Assembly: GCF_009914755.1 (NCBI RefSeq) | Contig: NC_060925.1 | DNA: 64,000 nt | DNA from: the human T2T-CHM13v2.0 reference genome, Homo sapiens | Direction: 5' to 3' (one strand) | Part shown: one piece after another, positions 1-33,147 of the stretch | Position numbering within the stretch: position 1 is the stretch's first letter | Layout of the letters: each line of letters begins with the position of its first letter | Notes under the pieces: model-generated | Seen by the model: only the letters and a program-made list of their open reading frames with translations | What the model was told of the DNA's origin: nothing | Database searches by the model: none | Translations under genes and position numbers: made by a program

Positions 1-39
1 CGCAGGTCCAGAATCGTTTCCGGACCACCCAGGGGCCGG

Positions 40-135
40 ATTCCCAACGGGCCGACGGAAGTGCGGGCTCAAGACTACGGAAGTGACGTATCCGGCAACG
101 GAAGTGGAGTTACGTGGAAGGCGGAAGCGTCTAGA
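40..135 (-). promoter_or_regulatory. AURKAIP1: CpG-rich housekeeping promoter with clustered ETS/GABPA motifs (AURKAIP1 upstream, by synteny)
   Basis: CGGAAGTG occurs at 56-63, 78-85 and 99-106; 78-89 is the composite ETS-CRE CGGAAGTGACGT. The gene name is inferred from the recalled order AURKAIP1-NDUFB4P8-CCNL2; no coding sequence is in the window. Confidence 0.65.
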
Positions 136-157
136 GCTATTTCTCCCGTTTTTGCTA

Positions 158-557
<400 letters not shown>

Positions 558-1805
558 CAGACTCACACTTTTTGTCTGAGAACTAAAAGCAGCCTCTCTG
601 GAGGATTGGGTTTGGCTGAGCCCCTAATGATGCTCCCCAAAGTAGGCGCTGCCAACGTGTAGCTTCACCTTTCTACTCCAGACAGGCCCCTTTGACCTCC
701 CTGAGGTTGCCTAATATAGAGACCCCAGCATGGACTTGCAGGGGCGCCTGGTGGGAGAGGGGTGTGGAGCAGAGCCTGCTGGGCCTGCTCGGAGACTTGC
801 CTTGCAGGAGGGTCTTCCAGGGACGCTTAGCAGGAAGTGGAAAGGCCAGGTCATCTGCCGGGCCCAGCCTGGCTAAGCAGTGAATGACAGGTAGGATAGG
901 CCAGTGTGAGGACATAAAGTTCAGGCTCCAGGCCCACCTCTACAACTGAGGTCCCCAGATGACTCTACGTTACCCCTCAGAGGGGCTACTTGGGACTCCA
1001 AGCAGGAAGGTTTACGAACGTTATTTGCGGGCCCGCCCTTCACCCCTGCTGCACAGCTTCCCCTAGTGGATTTGGCCGTAAATGAGCAGACTGGTGCCTC
1101 CAGAGCAGCCCTCACCTTGGTGCCCCTGTGTTTGTCTTCACCCGGCTGGGGTCCAGGGAGATGCAAAGAATCCATCAGAGAACAGGTGAGCATGTTGAGA
1201 AGAACCAGAGAACCAGAAATAACCTGGGCTGGCAACCTTGGCCTTCAGGCTTCTGAGGCATTGACGTGCAGATATAAGTACCTCCCCTGAGTTAGGGACC
1301 GGTAGAAGAAACGGGATGTGGACATTTCAGTCTGAGAAAGTCTTGAGGAGCAGGATGAACCAGGGTGTCCTTCCCCCTCTCAGGAAGTAATTTCAGGGAG
1401 GTGAAGTGAGGAAGACCACTCTGTTGGGGTCCCTGTACCCAATAGGCTCCAGGCCAAAAGGGAAAGGTCCCAGCTAGAGCAGGACCCAGCTGCTACAAGG
1501 CTGGGGAATTATCATTCAGCTACAGGAGCTGCATGGAGCCGGCCCGGGAGGCTTGCAGACAGTGGCCACCCCGATGAATGCCCGGGCCAGACCTGACTGG
1601 CTGCCGCCCACAGGAGTGGCAGGAACACTTGTTGGAAGCGCCAGATGCTTGTGTGAGCAGAGCTGCCAAGCTAGATGAGCTGGAACTAGACTAGGAAGAT
1701 CAATCCTTTACAAACATCTGAGGAAGAAAAAATGCAGTGGAAGAATCGGGGAGGGTGCATGGGTTATGATTCCTAATTTTTAAACAAAGGAACTCTAGTC
1801 TCTCA

Positions 1806-2381
<576 letters not shown>

Positions 2382-2729
2382 CTATGGGTTTTCAGTATTT
2401 CCTTTTATTAGCATAATTTAACCATAAATGTATCTGATTTATAAATAATGGCTGTGTAGCAGTTGGTGTACAAAACTCCTGAAAGCTTAACAGCTAGCGG
2501 TCCCGCTGCGCCCTGGCCCACACTGGCTCCCACAAGCTACTGCCAGGCTCTGACAAGGCATCAGGGCCCTGCCTGTCTGCAGCTTTTGCCCCAAGACTTT
2601 GGGGCTCCTCAGCTCAGGGCAGAGCCTGAGCTCCAGCCTGGGTCCACCCTCGGCCACGCCGCCTTTAATGCTCCTCCAACCTCCGGGCCACAGATACAAC
2701 ATTCCTAAAAATTCTGAAGTTTCTATTTC

Positions 2730-3159
<430 letters not shown>

Positions 3160-3210
3160 TGATCTTAAGATGACTGAACATTATAGGCAGGTGTGTGCTG
3201 GGTCGCCGAG

Positions 3211-3579
3211 ATGTCGCTCCCCAAGTATATACTCCGTCGCACCTGGCCTCTGCCCTCGGCCCTCAGCGCAGCCAAACAGGACATATCTCCAGAAACCCGG
3301 AGGGCACAAGCCCAGCTGTTGGCCATTCAGAGCGCAGCTTAAATGGGAGCACCTGCTTCAGTACGACGTCCCTAACCGCCAAGGGCTCATCAAGATCCTG
3401 CCTTGATTCATTGGATCTGTGCAAGATTAGCAAATGTCTACCCTAATTTTAGACCCACTCCTAAAAACTCACTCTTGGGAGCTATGTTTGGAATGGGGAC
3501 CCTCTTCCTCTGGTATTATGTTTTCAAAAAACTTATCCAAGAAGGAAAATTGGATCAAACGTTTAACATCTCATATTAA
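3211..3579 (+). pseudogene. NDUFB4P8: NDUFB4 (complex I B15 subunit) processed pseudogene
   Basis: Intronless and frameshifted. ATG at 3211 gives MSLPKY..; [21 protein letters not shown] follows; 3421-3579 reads [58 protein letters not shown] at ~3614. Confidence 0.92.
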
Positions 3580-3668
3580 ATCTGGCAATGACAACTGCAT
3601 GTATTCTTGCTTAAATAAACGGTCTATCAATTTTTTGTTGTTGTTGTTGTTGTTTTTTAAGGATTGTG

Positions 3669-4943
<1,275 letters not shown>

Positions 4944-6777
4944 TCAGAGGTGCTAATTAAAATGCTCACCAGTGCTCCAGGCACAGGGCTTCCCAGGAGA
5001 CAGGCACCCTCACATAAGGCTAAGGGAACAGGAGCAGTGCATCTGGCTCTAGATGCCTGGGCACGGGCACCACTGTGAGCTGTCCCAGGTGGTAGGGCCT
5101 GCACCCCCTGCTGATGGCAAAATGGCCTCTCTGCCAGGTGTGTCCTCTCAGGGTCAGGGTGCCCTGGGCTGTGACACTCCAGTCAGGCTACCACCAGCGA
5201 AGCCAGCCCAGCAGCTCCATGACACAGCAGCTGCTCTGTGTGGGTGCCCTGCCCTGCGAGGAACTTGGGGTGCACCCCATGCAGGGCCCCAGCCCTGCCT
5301 GTGCCCAGTCCCCCTGTTCATGCAGCTGCCTGTGAAGCCGTGAAGGTGCCGGCAGGATGGAAGCAGCCCCCAGGGGCTGGGCCTGAGGAGGTGGAGCGGG
5401 GCGTACGCGGGATGACAGTGGCACGTGCTCCTCCTTCCTTTGGTCCCCGCAGAGGGCAAATCTCAAGGAGGCGGGGACGGTGGCCTCGTGGATGCTGGGC
5501 AGCACCCCACTGCCTGCCTCCCCTGGGAAGACGAGATATGGGGCAAGACCTGCAGTCGCCCCAAGTGCCAGGGCGACCTTGGGGGCTGCCAGGGAGATAC
5601 CCACCCACCGCACCAGACGCCTCCCCATGTGGGTTCCTCCTGCAGGTACTCCTGGGGCTGGAGTCACCCCTGGGCCTGGCCTTGCTGCAGGCAGGGGAGA
5701 GCCATGGCTTCTGTGGCACGGGGGAGCCCCTGGTCTGGTGGGCAAGGACCCCTACCCTCAGGTCAATGCTCTTGGATCGAGGCCGGGACCTGAGCCACTT
5801 CGGAGCAGAGGCTGAACCCACCCCCACCTTGTGGGTGGTGACCCTCACTTTCCGGATGCTGAACCAGGCTCCAGTTGCCAGAGCTCCAGGGCACCCATGC
5901 CAGGAGCTGGCGCCATGCCCCTTGCTGTGTCCCTAGGCAGAAATGAGCCTGTGGGGCCCTGCAGCTAGCGTGGACCCTCAAAGGACCTGGGGCAGACCCT
6001 CACTTTGGCCCCCCATCTGGTTTTCTGCAGAATGGGCTCTGGAAAGCCTCAGGCAGTAGAGGCGCCCTGTGTGGAAGCTGGACACTGCCAGAGTGGTGGG
6101 ACTGGAGGCTCTGGGGACAATGGGCCCTGTCTGTGTCCTCTGGGGCGTGTCCCACACACATTTCTCCACCTTGGCACAGCTGACGCCTGGGAACTGTTCT
6201 GGGCACTCAGCGTGCTAAGCAGTGTCCTGAGCTCTCAGACCCCCGCCACGTTCCCCCTAGCCTGAGCCCCCTGAGCTCCCATCAGTTTCCTCCAGATGGT
6301 GGCCCAGAAGCTGAGACACAGGCAGCATGGAGTCCCAGGGATGGGCTACCCTGATGCCTGCACTTCCTCTCTTGGCAGCCTTGCAGGGCCAGTCATCTCG
6401 TGGATGGGCAGGAATGACCCTTCACACAGGGCAGGGCAGGTCAGTGCTTTGGACGTCTCTGCAGCGGTGACTGCAAGTAGATGCCCACCATGCTGGGGCT
6501 CCTGGGGAACCACTGGAGGCAGCCACCACGTGCCCTCTCCTAAGCCAGCCAGTCTCCAGCTGGGGACCACCAGGATACCCTGGTCCCATCGGCACACTGC
6601 AGCAGGGAGATGAGAGACCTGCAGGACAGTCTTCCTGGTCCAGACAGAATGAAGCAAAGAAACCAGAAGGAAGGGGCAGATGGCCAGGAAGGTGATCCCT
6701 GGGGGACCTCATTGCGCACTGGTGTAAGCCGTCCCCCCGTGCCTTGACAGTTTAGAGAGTCCACGGCAACGACCGAG

Positions 6778-8842
6778 AGGTCACCACCCCTTCCCACAAT
6801 CCACTAACAATCCAGAGGCCACCACCCCTTCCCAACAATCCAGTAACAATCCAGAGGTCACCACCCTTCCCAACAATCCACTAACAATCCAGAGGCCACC
6901 ACCCCTTCCCAACAATCCACTAACAATCCAGAGGTCACCACCCCTTCCCAACAATCCAGTAACAATCCAGAGGTCACCACCCTTCCCAACAATCCAGTAA
7001 CAATCCAGAGGCCACCACCCCTTCCCAACAATCCACTAACAATCCAGAGGTCACCACCCTTCCCAACAATCCACTAACAATCCAGAGGTCACCACCCTTC
7101 CCAACAATCCAGTAACAATCCAGAGGTCACCACCCTTCCCAACAATCCAGTAACAATCTAGAGGTCACCACCCTTCCCAACAATCCAGTAACAATCCAGA
7201 GGCCACCACCCCTTCCCAACAATCCAGTAACAATCCAGAGGTCACCACCCCTTCCCAACAATCCAGTAACAATCCAGAGGTCACCACCCTTCCCAACAAT
7301 CCAGTAACAATCCAGAGGTCACCACCCTTCCCAACAATCCAGTAACAATCCAGAGGTCACCACCCCTTCCCAACAATACAGTAACAATCCAGAGGCCACC
7401 ACCCCTTCCCAACAATCCACTAACAATCCAGAGGTCACCACCCCTTCCCAACAATACAGTAACAATCCAGAGGCCACCACCCCTTCCCAACAATCCAGTA
7501 ACAATCCAGAGGTCACCACCCTTCCCAACAATCCAGTAACAATCCAGAGGTCACCACCCTTCCCAACAATCCAGTAACAATCCAGAGGTCACCACCCCTT
7601 CCCAACAATACAGTAACAATCCAGAGGCCACCACCCCTTCCCAACAATCCACTAACAATCCAGAGGTCACCACCCCTTCCCAACAATACAGTAACAATCC
7701 AGAGGCCACCACCCCTTCCCAACAATCCAGTAACAATCCAGAGGTCACCACCCTTTCCAACAATCCACTAACAATCCAGAGGTCACCACCCCTTCCCAAC
7801 AATCCACTAACAATCCAGAGGTCACCACCCCTTCCCAACAATCCAGTAACAATCCAGAGGTACCACCCCTTCCCAACAATCCAGTAACAATCCAGAGGTC
7901 ACCACCCTTTCCAACAATCCACTAACAATCCAGAGGTCACCACCCCTTCCCAACAATCCACTAACAATCCAGAGGTCACCACCCCTTCCCAACAATCCAG
8001 TAACAATCCAGAGGTACCACCCCTTCCCAACAATCCAGTAACAATCCAGAGGTCACCACCCTTTCCAACAATCCACTAACAATCCAGAGGTCACCACCCC
8101 TTCCCAACAATCCAGTAACAATCCAGAGGTCACCACCCCTTCCCAACAATCCAGTAACAATCCAGAGGTTACCACCCTTCCCAACAATCCACTAACAATC
8201 CAGAGGCCACCACCCCTTCCCAACAATCCGGCAAGGACCCAGAGGCCACCACCCCTTCCCAACAATCCAGTAACAATCCAGAGGTCACCACCCCTTCCCA
8301 AAAATCCAGTAACAATCCAGAGGTCACCACCCCTTCCCAACAATCCAGTAACAATCCAGAGGCCACCACCCCTTCCCAACAATCCAGTAACAATCCAGAG
8401 GTACCACCCCTTCCCAACAATCCAGTAACAATCGAGGCCACCACCCCTTCCCAACAATCCAGTAACAATCCAGAGGACACCACCCTTCCCAACAATCCAC
8501 TAGCAATCCAGAGGCCACCACCCCTTCCCAACAATCTGGCAACGACCCAGAGGCCACCACCCCTTCCCAACAATCCAGTAACAATCCAGAGGTCACCACC
8601 CCTTCCCAACAATCCAGTAACAATCCAGAGGTCACCACCCCTTCCCAACAATCCAGTAACAATCCAGAGGTCACCACCCCTTCCCAACAATCCAGTAACA
8701 ATCCAGAGGTCACCACCCCTTTCCAAACAATCTGGTAACAATCCAGAGGTCACCACACTTTTCCAACAATCCAGTAACAATCCAGACGTTACCACCCCTT
8801 TCAAAACAATCCAGTAACAATCCAGACGTTACCACCTCTTTC
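6778..8842. repeat. Minisatellite/VNTR, 38-39 bp unit, ~53 copies
   Basis: Unit GAGGTCACCACCC(C)TTCCCAACAATCCA(G/C)TAACAATCCA repeated head-to-tail with no spacers. Confidence 0.97.
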
Positions 8843-8998
8843 GCAGAAAGTCCTGTAACTCACCCCTTAATTTAATGTAAGTAAATGTGCATATAAATAC
8901 AGTTGCCAACAGCCCTCAAGTGCAGCTCTGGGCCCCCTGTCTAGGCATTATCCTTGCCCCATGAGAACCAGCTCCAGTTCAATAAAAGGAATGCTGAG

Positions 8999-9457
8999 GG
9001 CCAGGTGCAGTTGCTCACGCCTGTAATCCCAGCACAGGCCAAAGTGGGCGGATCACCTGAGGTCAGGAATTCAAGATCAGCCTGGCCAACATGGTGAAAC
9101 CCCATCTCTACTAAAAATACCAAAATTAGCCAGGCATGGTGGCAGACGCCTGTAATCCCAGCTACTCGGGAGGCTGAGGCAGGAGAATCTCTTGAACCCA
9201 GGAGGAGGAAGTTGCAATCAGCTGAGATTGCAGCACTGCACTCCAGCCCAGGCGACAGAGCAAGACTGTTGGATTGCTGTGGGCCAGGTGCAGTAGTGGA
9301 CACCCACAATGTCCACCAGCAAGAGGGAGGGTGAGGAGGGAGGACTGTTTGAGCCTGGGAGACAGAGGTTGCAGTGAACTGTGATTGTGCCACTGCACTC
9401 CAGCCTGTGTAACAAAGTGAGACTCCATCTCCGATTAAAAAAAAGAAAAAAAAAAAG
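8999..9457 (+). mobile_element. Alu plus Alu right-arm fragment
   Basis: Alu consensus with A-tail. Confidence 0.8.
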
Positions 9458-9551
9458 ATTGCTGTCTACTACCACCTGCATTCTTCCCTGGGTGAAGACA
9501 AGAACCCTCATGGGCTAAGCCCTAATTTGGGGGCTTGCTGGCCACGGATCA

Positions 9552-11345
<1,794 letters not shown>

Positions 11346-13165
11346 TCTCCCAACAGCACTGGGATTACAGGCATGAGCCACCGCGCCCGGCCTCCCACAG
11401 CGCTGGGATTACAGGCGTGAGCCACCTCGCCCGGCCTCCCACAGCGCTGGGATTACAGGCGTGAGCCACCGCGCCCGGCCTCCCACAGCGCTGGGATTAC
11501 AGGCCTGAGCCACCGCGCCCGGCCTCCCACGGCGCTGGGATTACAGGCCTGAGCCACCGCGCCCGGCCTCCCACCACGCGGCCAAAACTCATTTTCTACT
11601 GCAACACCATTTGGGCGCAATGCAAATTAGGAGAACATAAAATCTGGCCTTAAATGGTTCTTTATGTCATAATAATATTTTACAATTATTTAGTAAAAAA
11701 AGAAAGCAAATGGAGAGCGGTCTCTTGGGTACAGGTGTGTATGGCCCTTTACTGGTTCTCTTACTTCCAGGCACAGGAAGCTAGGGGGCCCCTCATAGCT
11801 GCTCTCCCTGGAAGGACACCCTCCCTGGAGTCTCCTCAGTTCCCCAATTCTGAGGGGGGGGTCCCACCAGCTATCTAATGCAGGATTCCATCAAAAAAGT
11901 CATCAGGCGTAACTCCCCGTTATCCCACTAGCCCCGGCCTATATGTCCCACTGCCCTAGTAAGTCCAAACGGTACCACCAGGAGTGGGGCCCCCTAGTCC
12001 CCAAAACCAAAACTGTGTCCACGGTAAGAGGCAGCTGATGACAGTGGGGGGCACTCAGAGTGCAGGTGCCACCCCCGTGGGGTGACCCTCCAAGTGTCCT
12101 GCTCCCAGCTGCCTCTCTCGCCCACAGATGTCATGGGTTACAAACCAGTCCCCCTCAGGAACGAGAGCACCTTGGAATCATTCTGTGTTTCCAAAACTTC
12201 CCTCCTATGGCCCTGCAGGAAGGAGCCTGTCATCCTGATGGGCAGAGGACTCAGGCCCCTCACAAGCCTTCGGCAGAAGGGCAGGCACACAGGATTGGAT
12301 GCAAAATCCAAAACTTCAGTACAGCAGGGAGCAAGGAGCCCGGAAGTGGGCGCACTGGCTGTGCACACGCCTGGACACTTTCACAAGCACACAGAACGAC
12401 CACCTACCACGTCCATAACGCTCCGGATGTCCTGAGTGGAGAGAGTTGTGTTTATTCACCATGTCATACGCGCATATAGGGAACCTCTATTTAGGAGCTG
12501 GTGGCCTGCACTCAGCACCGCACAGATAAAAATATACGACTTTCAACACAGATCCAAATACCCTCACATTTTAAAAGTCAGGATTCCCTACACAAGTTTT
12601 AAGCTGACGGGATTCAAGTTCTGAGTTTTCATACATAGCTTTAACTTGTATTAAACACATGTTTATTTACAACGTGGAGAGAGAATAAGGGGCAGTTAAG
12701 GCCACTTTCTCCTGTGAAACACTGCAAAATATGTACATAAGTACAACCTAATATAGGCAAAGGTTCTAAAAATCATCTTTCTTGGCTTCACGTAATTGAG
12801 TATCAGTCGGGGAGTGGAGAGCGGCTGCCGATAGCACCAGGCCATGCCAGGCCACGCCAACAAGGGCGTGTGCATTCACTTTTTCATTGAGCTGCCCTCA
12901 GAGCTGCTGCCGAGCTGAGCCCTGCACGGGCCCAGGTGTGCGCCGCACCCCAGACCGGTCTGAAGCACGTGTCACCGGTCCCTCAGTTCCATTTCCAAAT
13001 CCACCAAGGTCCAGTCGACAGACATTTCCAAAAAGAATCCTGTTCTAGGACCACTTGCGCTGAGAGCACACCCGGGGGTCAAAGGGCAGCCACCGGGGGT
13101 CAAAGGGCAGCCATCAGGTACTCCCCAGGGAAGGGCTTGCGGCCACCAGTCACTGCAACCCCGCC

Positions 13166-25236
<12,071 letters not shown>

Positions 25237-25500
25237 TTTGTGCCGCCGACTCCCCTTCGGCTTCTTCCCTCAGGGCGGCTCCTCGCGAAGCTCCACGGCC
25301 GCCACCGCCCCGCCCCGTCGCGTGCCATTGGTTCGGCCCGCGACCAGCGCGACGCCGCCTAGCCGCAATTGGCTACATAACCTGCCCGTCAGCAACGCGC
25401 CTAACGCCGACGCCGGAACCTGGCGCGGGTGGGGCGGGCTCGTTACCCAGGGGACTCCGCGGTGCCGGCCGACCCGGAAGCATGTCTGTCCCTAGCGGAG
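25237..25500. promoter_or_regulatory. Bidirectional CpG-island promoter CCNL2 / MRPL20-AS1
   Basis: CpG-dense; ATTGG (CCAAT) boxes at ~25328 and ~25369, a GC box at ~25430 and CCGGAAG at ~25474. Confidence 0.75.
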
Positions 25501-27975
25501 GCGCGGGTGCCGTGCTGAGAGCGCCTGCCTGTGCGCCCCGAGCGGGGCTGGGACTCTTCCAAGATGCCCACGTTCGCACAGAGACCCCGGATCGCGGAAG
25601 CTCGCGTCTCGAAAGGCCTGTGGGTCAAGGGGGGCCATCTCGGTGGGATCTGGGGCGGGACGACCCCCACTGCTGAACCCTGGGCGCGGGGCAGGGTCAG
25701 AGGCTCCGCTCGGCCTCCCCCTGGATGAGACGCGCATGCCCGGTGTCCCCCGGCCGCCGTCGGCGTCGTGTCTTCAGTCCTTATCGACTCCAGACTTTGG
25801 GGATGCGTATTAACGCCAGACTCCTGCAAAGTCTTGCCTTCAACACTCAGCCCCTGGGGAGAGACGGGTGGAGGGATGACTGGAAACGTGGCCTCGACGT
25901 CCCTACAGAGCCCCTCCAGCGTGGGGAGGCCTAAGTACCTCAAGGTTCAGGCCCACGGAAGGAGTCGGGGGAGCGAGGCCCGGTGATCTACGTGTGAAGG
26001 AGCTTGGACAGGACCTCACAAACGCCAGGGAGACGGCGAGGGGGTTCGTGCGTTTGTAACGTCTTGACATCGCTGATCCTCCCGCAGGCGGTCTCACGCC
26101 CTGCCCGTCCTGGGTTCACGGTTTTTCATCACCTGCGGCTGTCCTGCGATCGACCACAGCTGTGCAGGAGGGGCAGGAGGTATCTGTTGCTGCAGTTACC
26201 GGAACCTTTGCCAGGACTAGTACAGGACCACGGGTGAGGATGGTGGGGAAGCCTGCGTGGGGCAGGGAACGGTGAGGCAGGAAGAGGGAAGGGCAGCAGA
26301 GGCCTGAGTGGTTGCAGGTTCACACACTGAGCTGCCAGTAACTGCCCAGCTCAGACGGGCTCAAATTCAGAAGCCACCATTGCTCCTCACCCCCACCCCC
26401 AGGTCAGCTGTCCACTAGCTCTGCCATGACTTGATACTGCAGCTCAAACAGTGCCAACCAAAACCCACTCTCCTCACCGCCTGTTATGGGTAACACGGTA
26501 TGGTTACAGCTTTACTCATGTCCTCTTTCCCCAGGCTGGTAGCTCAGGGATGTCTCGTCTGTGAGTTACAGCTGCACGCTCTCCAGGAAAGAAGGAATTT
26601 CCTCTTCTCTGGAAACCCCACCACACAGCTGGTTTCTCATTGGTGCTGCTTGCCCATTCCCTGAGCTGTGACTGCCAGAGGAGTGGGAGGTTGGTGGTGC
26701 CTCCAGCCCATCAGGGGCAGGCCCTGGGACCGCCTGGGAACAGGAGGACTATGGCACAAACCGAGTGAGTGATGGGAGCAACCCGCAGGGCTCTGCCACA
26801 TCCCTGTCTTCCTTCACTGACATGAAACGCAGAAAAGGCAGCTTTGCCACAACACAGGAGCACGCACCGAATGTGGCCGCCCAGGGCTCTGTCCTTGACC
26901 CTGTTGTCCAGGACTGTTTACCAAGGGCTGACAGGCACTGAGTGCCCCGTGCACCTGGCCAGACACTGCACTCATGCAGCGGAAAGGACAGTGAACGAGA
27001 CTTTGTCCCTGGCCTCCAAAGGCTTAGGGCGTAGTGGCTGTCATGAGGCACAGTGACAAGGGCCAGGAGGGGGACCTCTTAGGGGGCCATGCAGTGATGG
27101 AAGCCAGAAGGAATGAAGGCCTGCAGTGAGGATGGAGTGGTCGGCCTGAAGCCATCTCTAGCAAGTGGTCAGGACGCTGATTGTTCTGCGCAGGTTGGAG
27201 GTAGGTGGTGAGTCTGAGAAAGGGGCCGGAAAGACTCCCCAGCAACTGCTGGCAAAGGGTGAAGGGCACGTTCCCACAGGATTCAAGCCAGCTGCCTTTG
27301 GAGGGGAGACGGGCACTCAGTTTAGGCGCTCCTACAGCAGGGTCAGCAAGACAAGCAGGTTGCGGCAAGGGTCTGCGCACTGCTGTGTAAATGTAGGGGC
27401 ATCGGGGGGCAGAAAGACCAGGGGAGAAGTGTGCATCACCCTTGGGGTTAAGGGACAGTTGTCTGCTAGGTGTTGCTTCCTGGAGATGGCTGAAAAGCCA
27501 GTCCAGTCTGCAGGGACCAGGCCACCACCCACCTGATGTGGGAGCATTTCCCCCAATCCCTGCTGGGCTGCTGAATCTGGGGGACATAGGGAAGCTGAGG
27601 CTGGTGTTCTGAGTAGTGGCAGAGCTGAGCCACAGGGCATGTCTGAGGTCAGCCCCGAGCAAAATGGAATAGGGACTCAGGGTGGGTCAGGTAACTGGAA
27701 AGCGGGCACTGTGCACGCAGCCCTTGAGGGGAGCCAGGGTGGGTGGGGATCCCCCACTGTGTGCAGAAGGCAGCAGCCTTGGAAGCAGGGTGTGCTCCTC
27801 GGTGTGGTCGCTCGATACCAGAAAATGACTCTAAAAACTGAAGAGTGTTTGAGTTTCATTCACACAAAACATGGACATCATCTGTGAGGCTCTGTCCCAG
27901 AGAGACAGGGCCATCCCTCATGTCTGTTATTGGGTTGTAGATAAACAAAAGTATAAATCAAACAAACTGCAAATT
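25480..27975 (+). ncRNA. MRPL20-AS1: Spliced lncRNA divergent from CCNL2 and overlapping the MRPL20 3' end
   Basis: Candidate internal exon 26088-26233 (cccgcag|...CGG|gtgag) and acceptor ctctttccccag|26535; no convincing ORF. Name and ends come from recalled annotation and are approximate. Confidence 0.55.
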
Positions 27976-28012
27976 ACTCTGTCTCTTTTCCTAATCAATA
28001 CAGCAACAGTCC

Positions 28013-33147
<5,135 letters not shown>

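Larger units (their letters stand above)
6610..9551 (+). mobile_element. MER41-group ERV1 LTR interrupted by a VNTR and Alus
   Basis: MER41-like motifs: gacagttta..ggcaacgacc..accacccc, TATAAA ~8893, AATAAA ~8981, and the 3' end caagaaccctc..gggctaagccc..tttggggg..atca. Subfamily and left boundary are uncertain. Confidence 0.6.

Noticed and set aside
1470-1760. Coding-looking stretch (QEWQEHLLEAPDA...)
   Set aside because: Stops in all frames and no recognisable homologue
6778-8842. 39-bp array as a CRISPR array, or as the coding ORFs listed at 7281-8804
   Set aside because: No unique spacers, eukaryotic context, and the ORFs are just repeat translations with frequent 38/39-bp frameshifts
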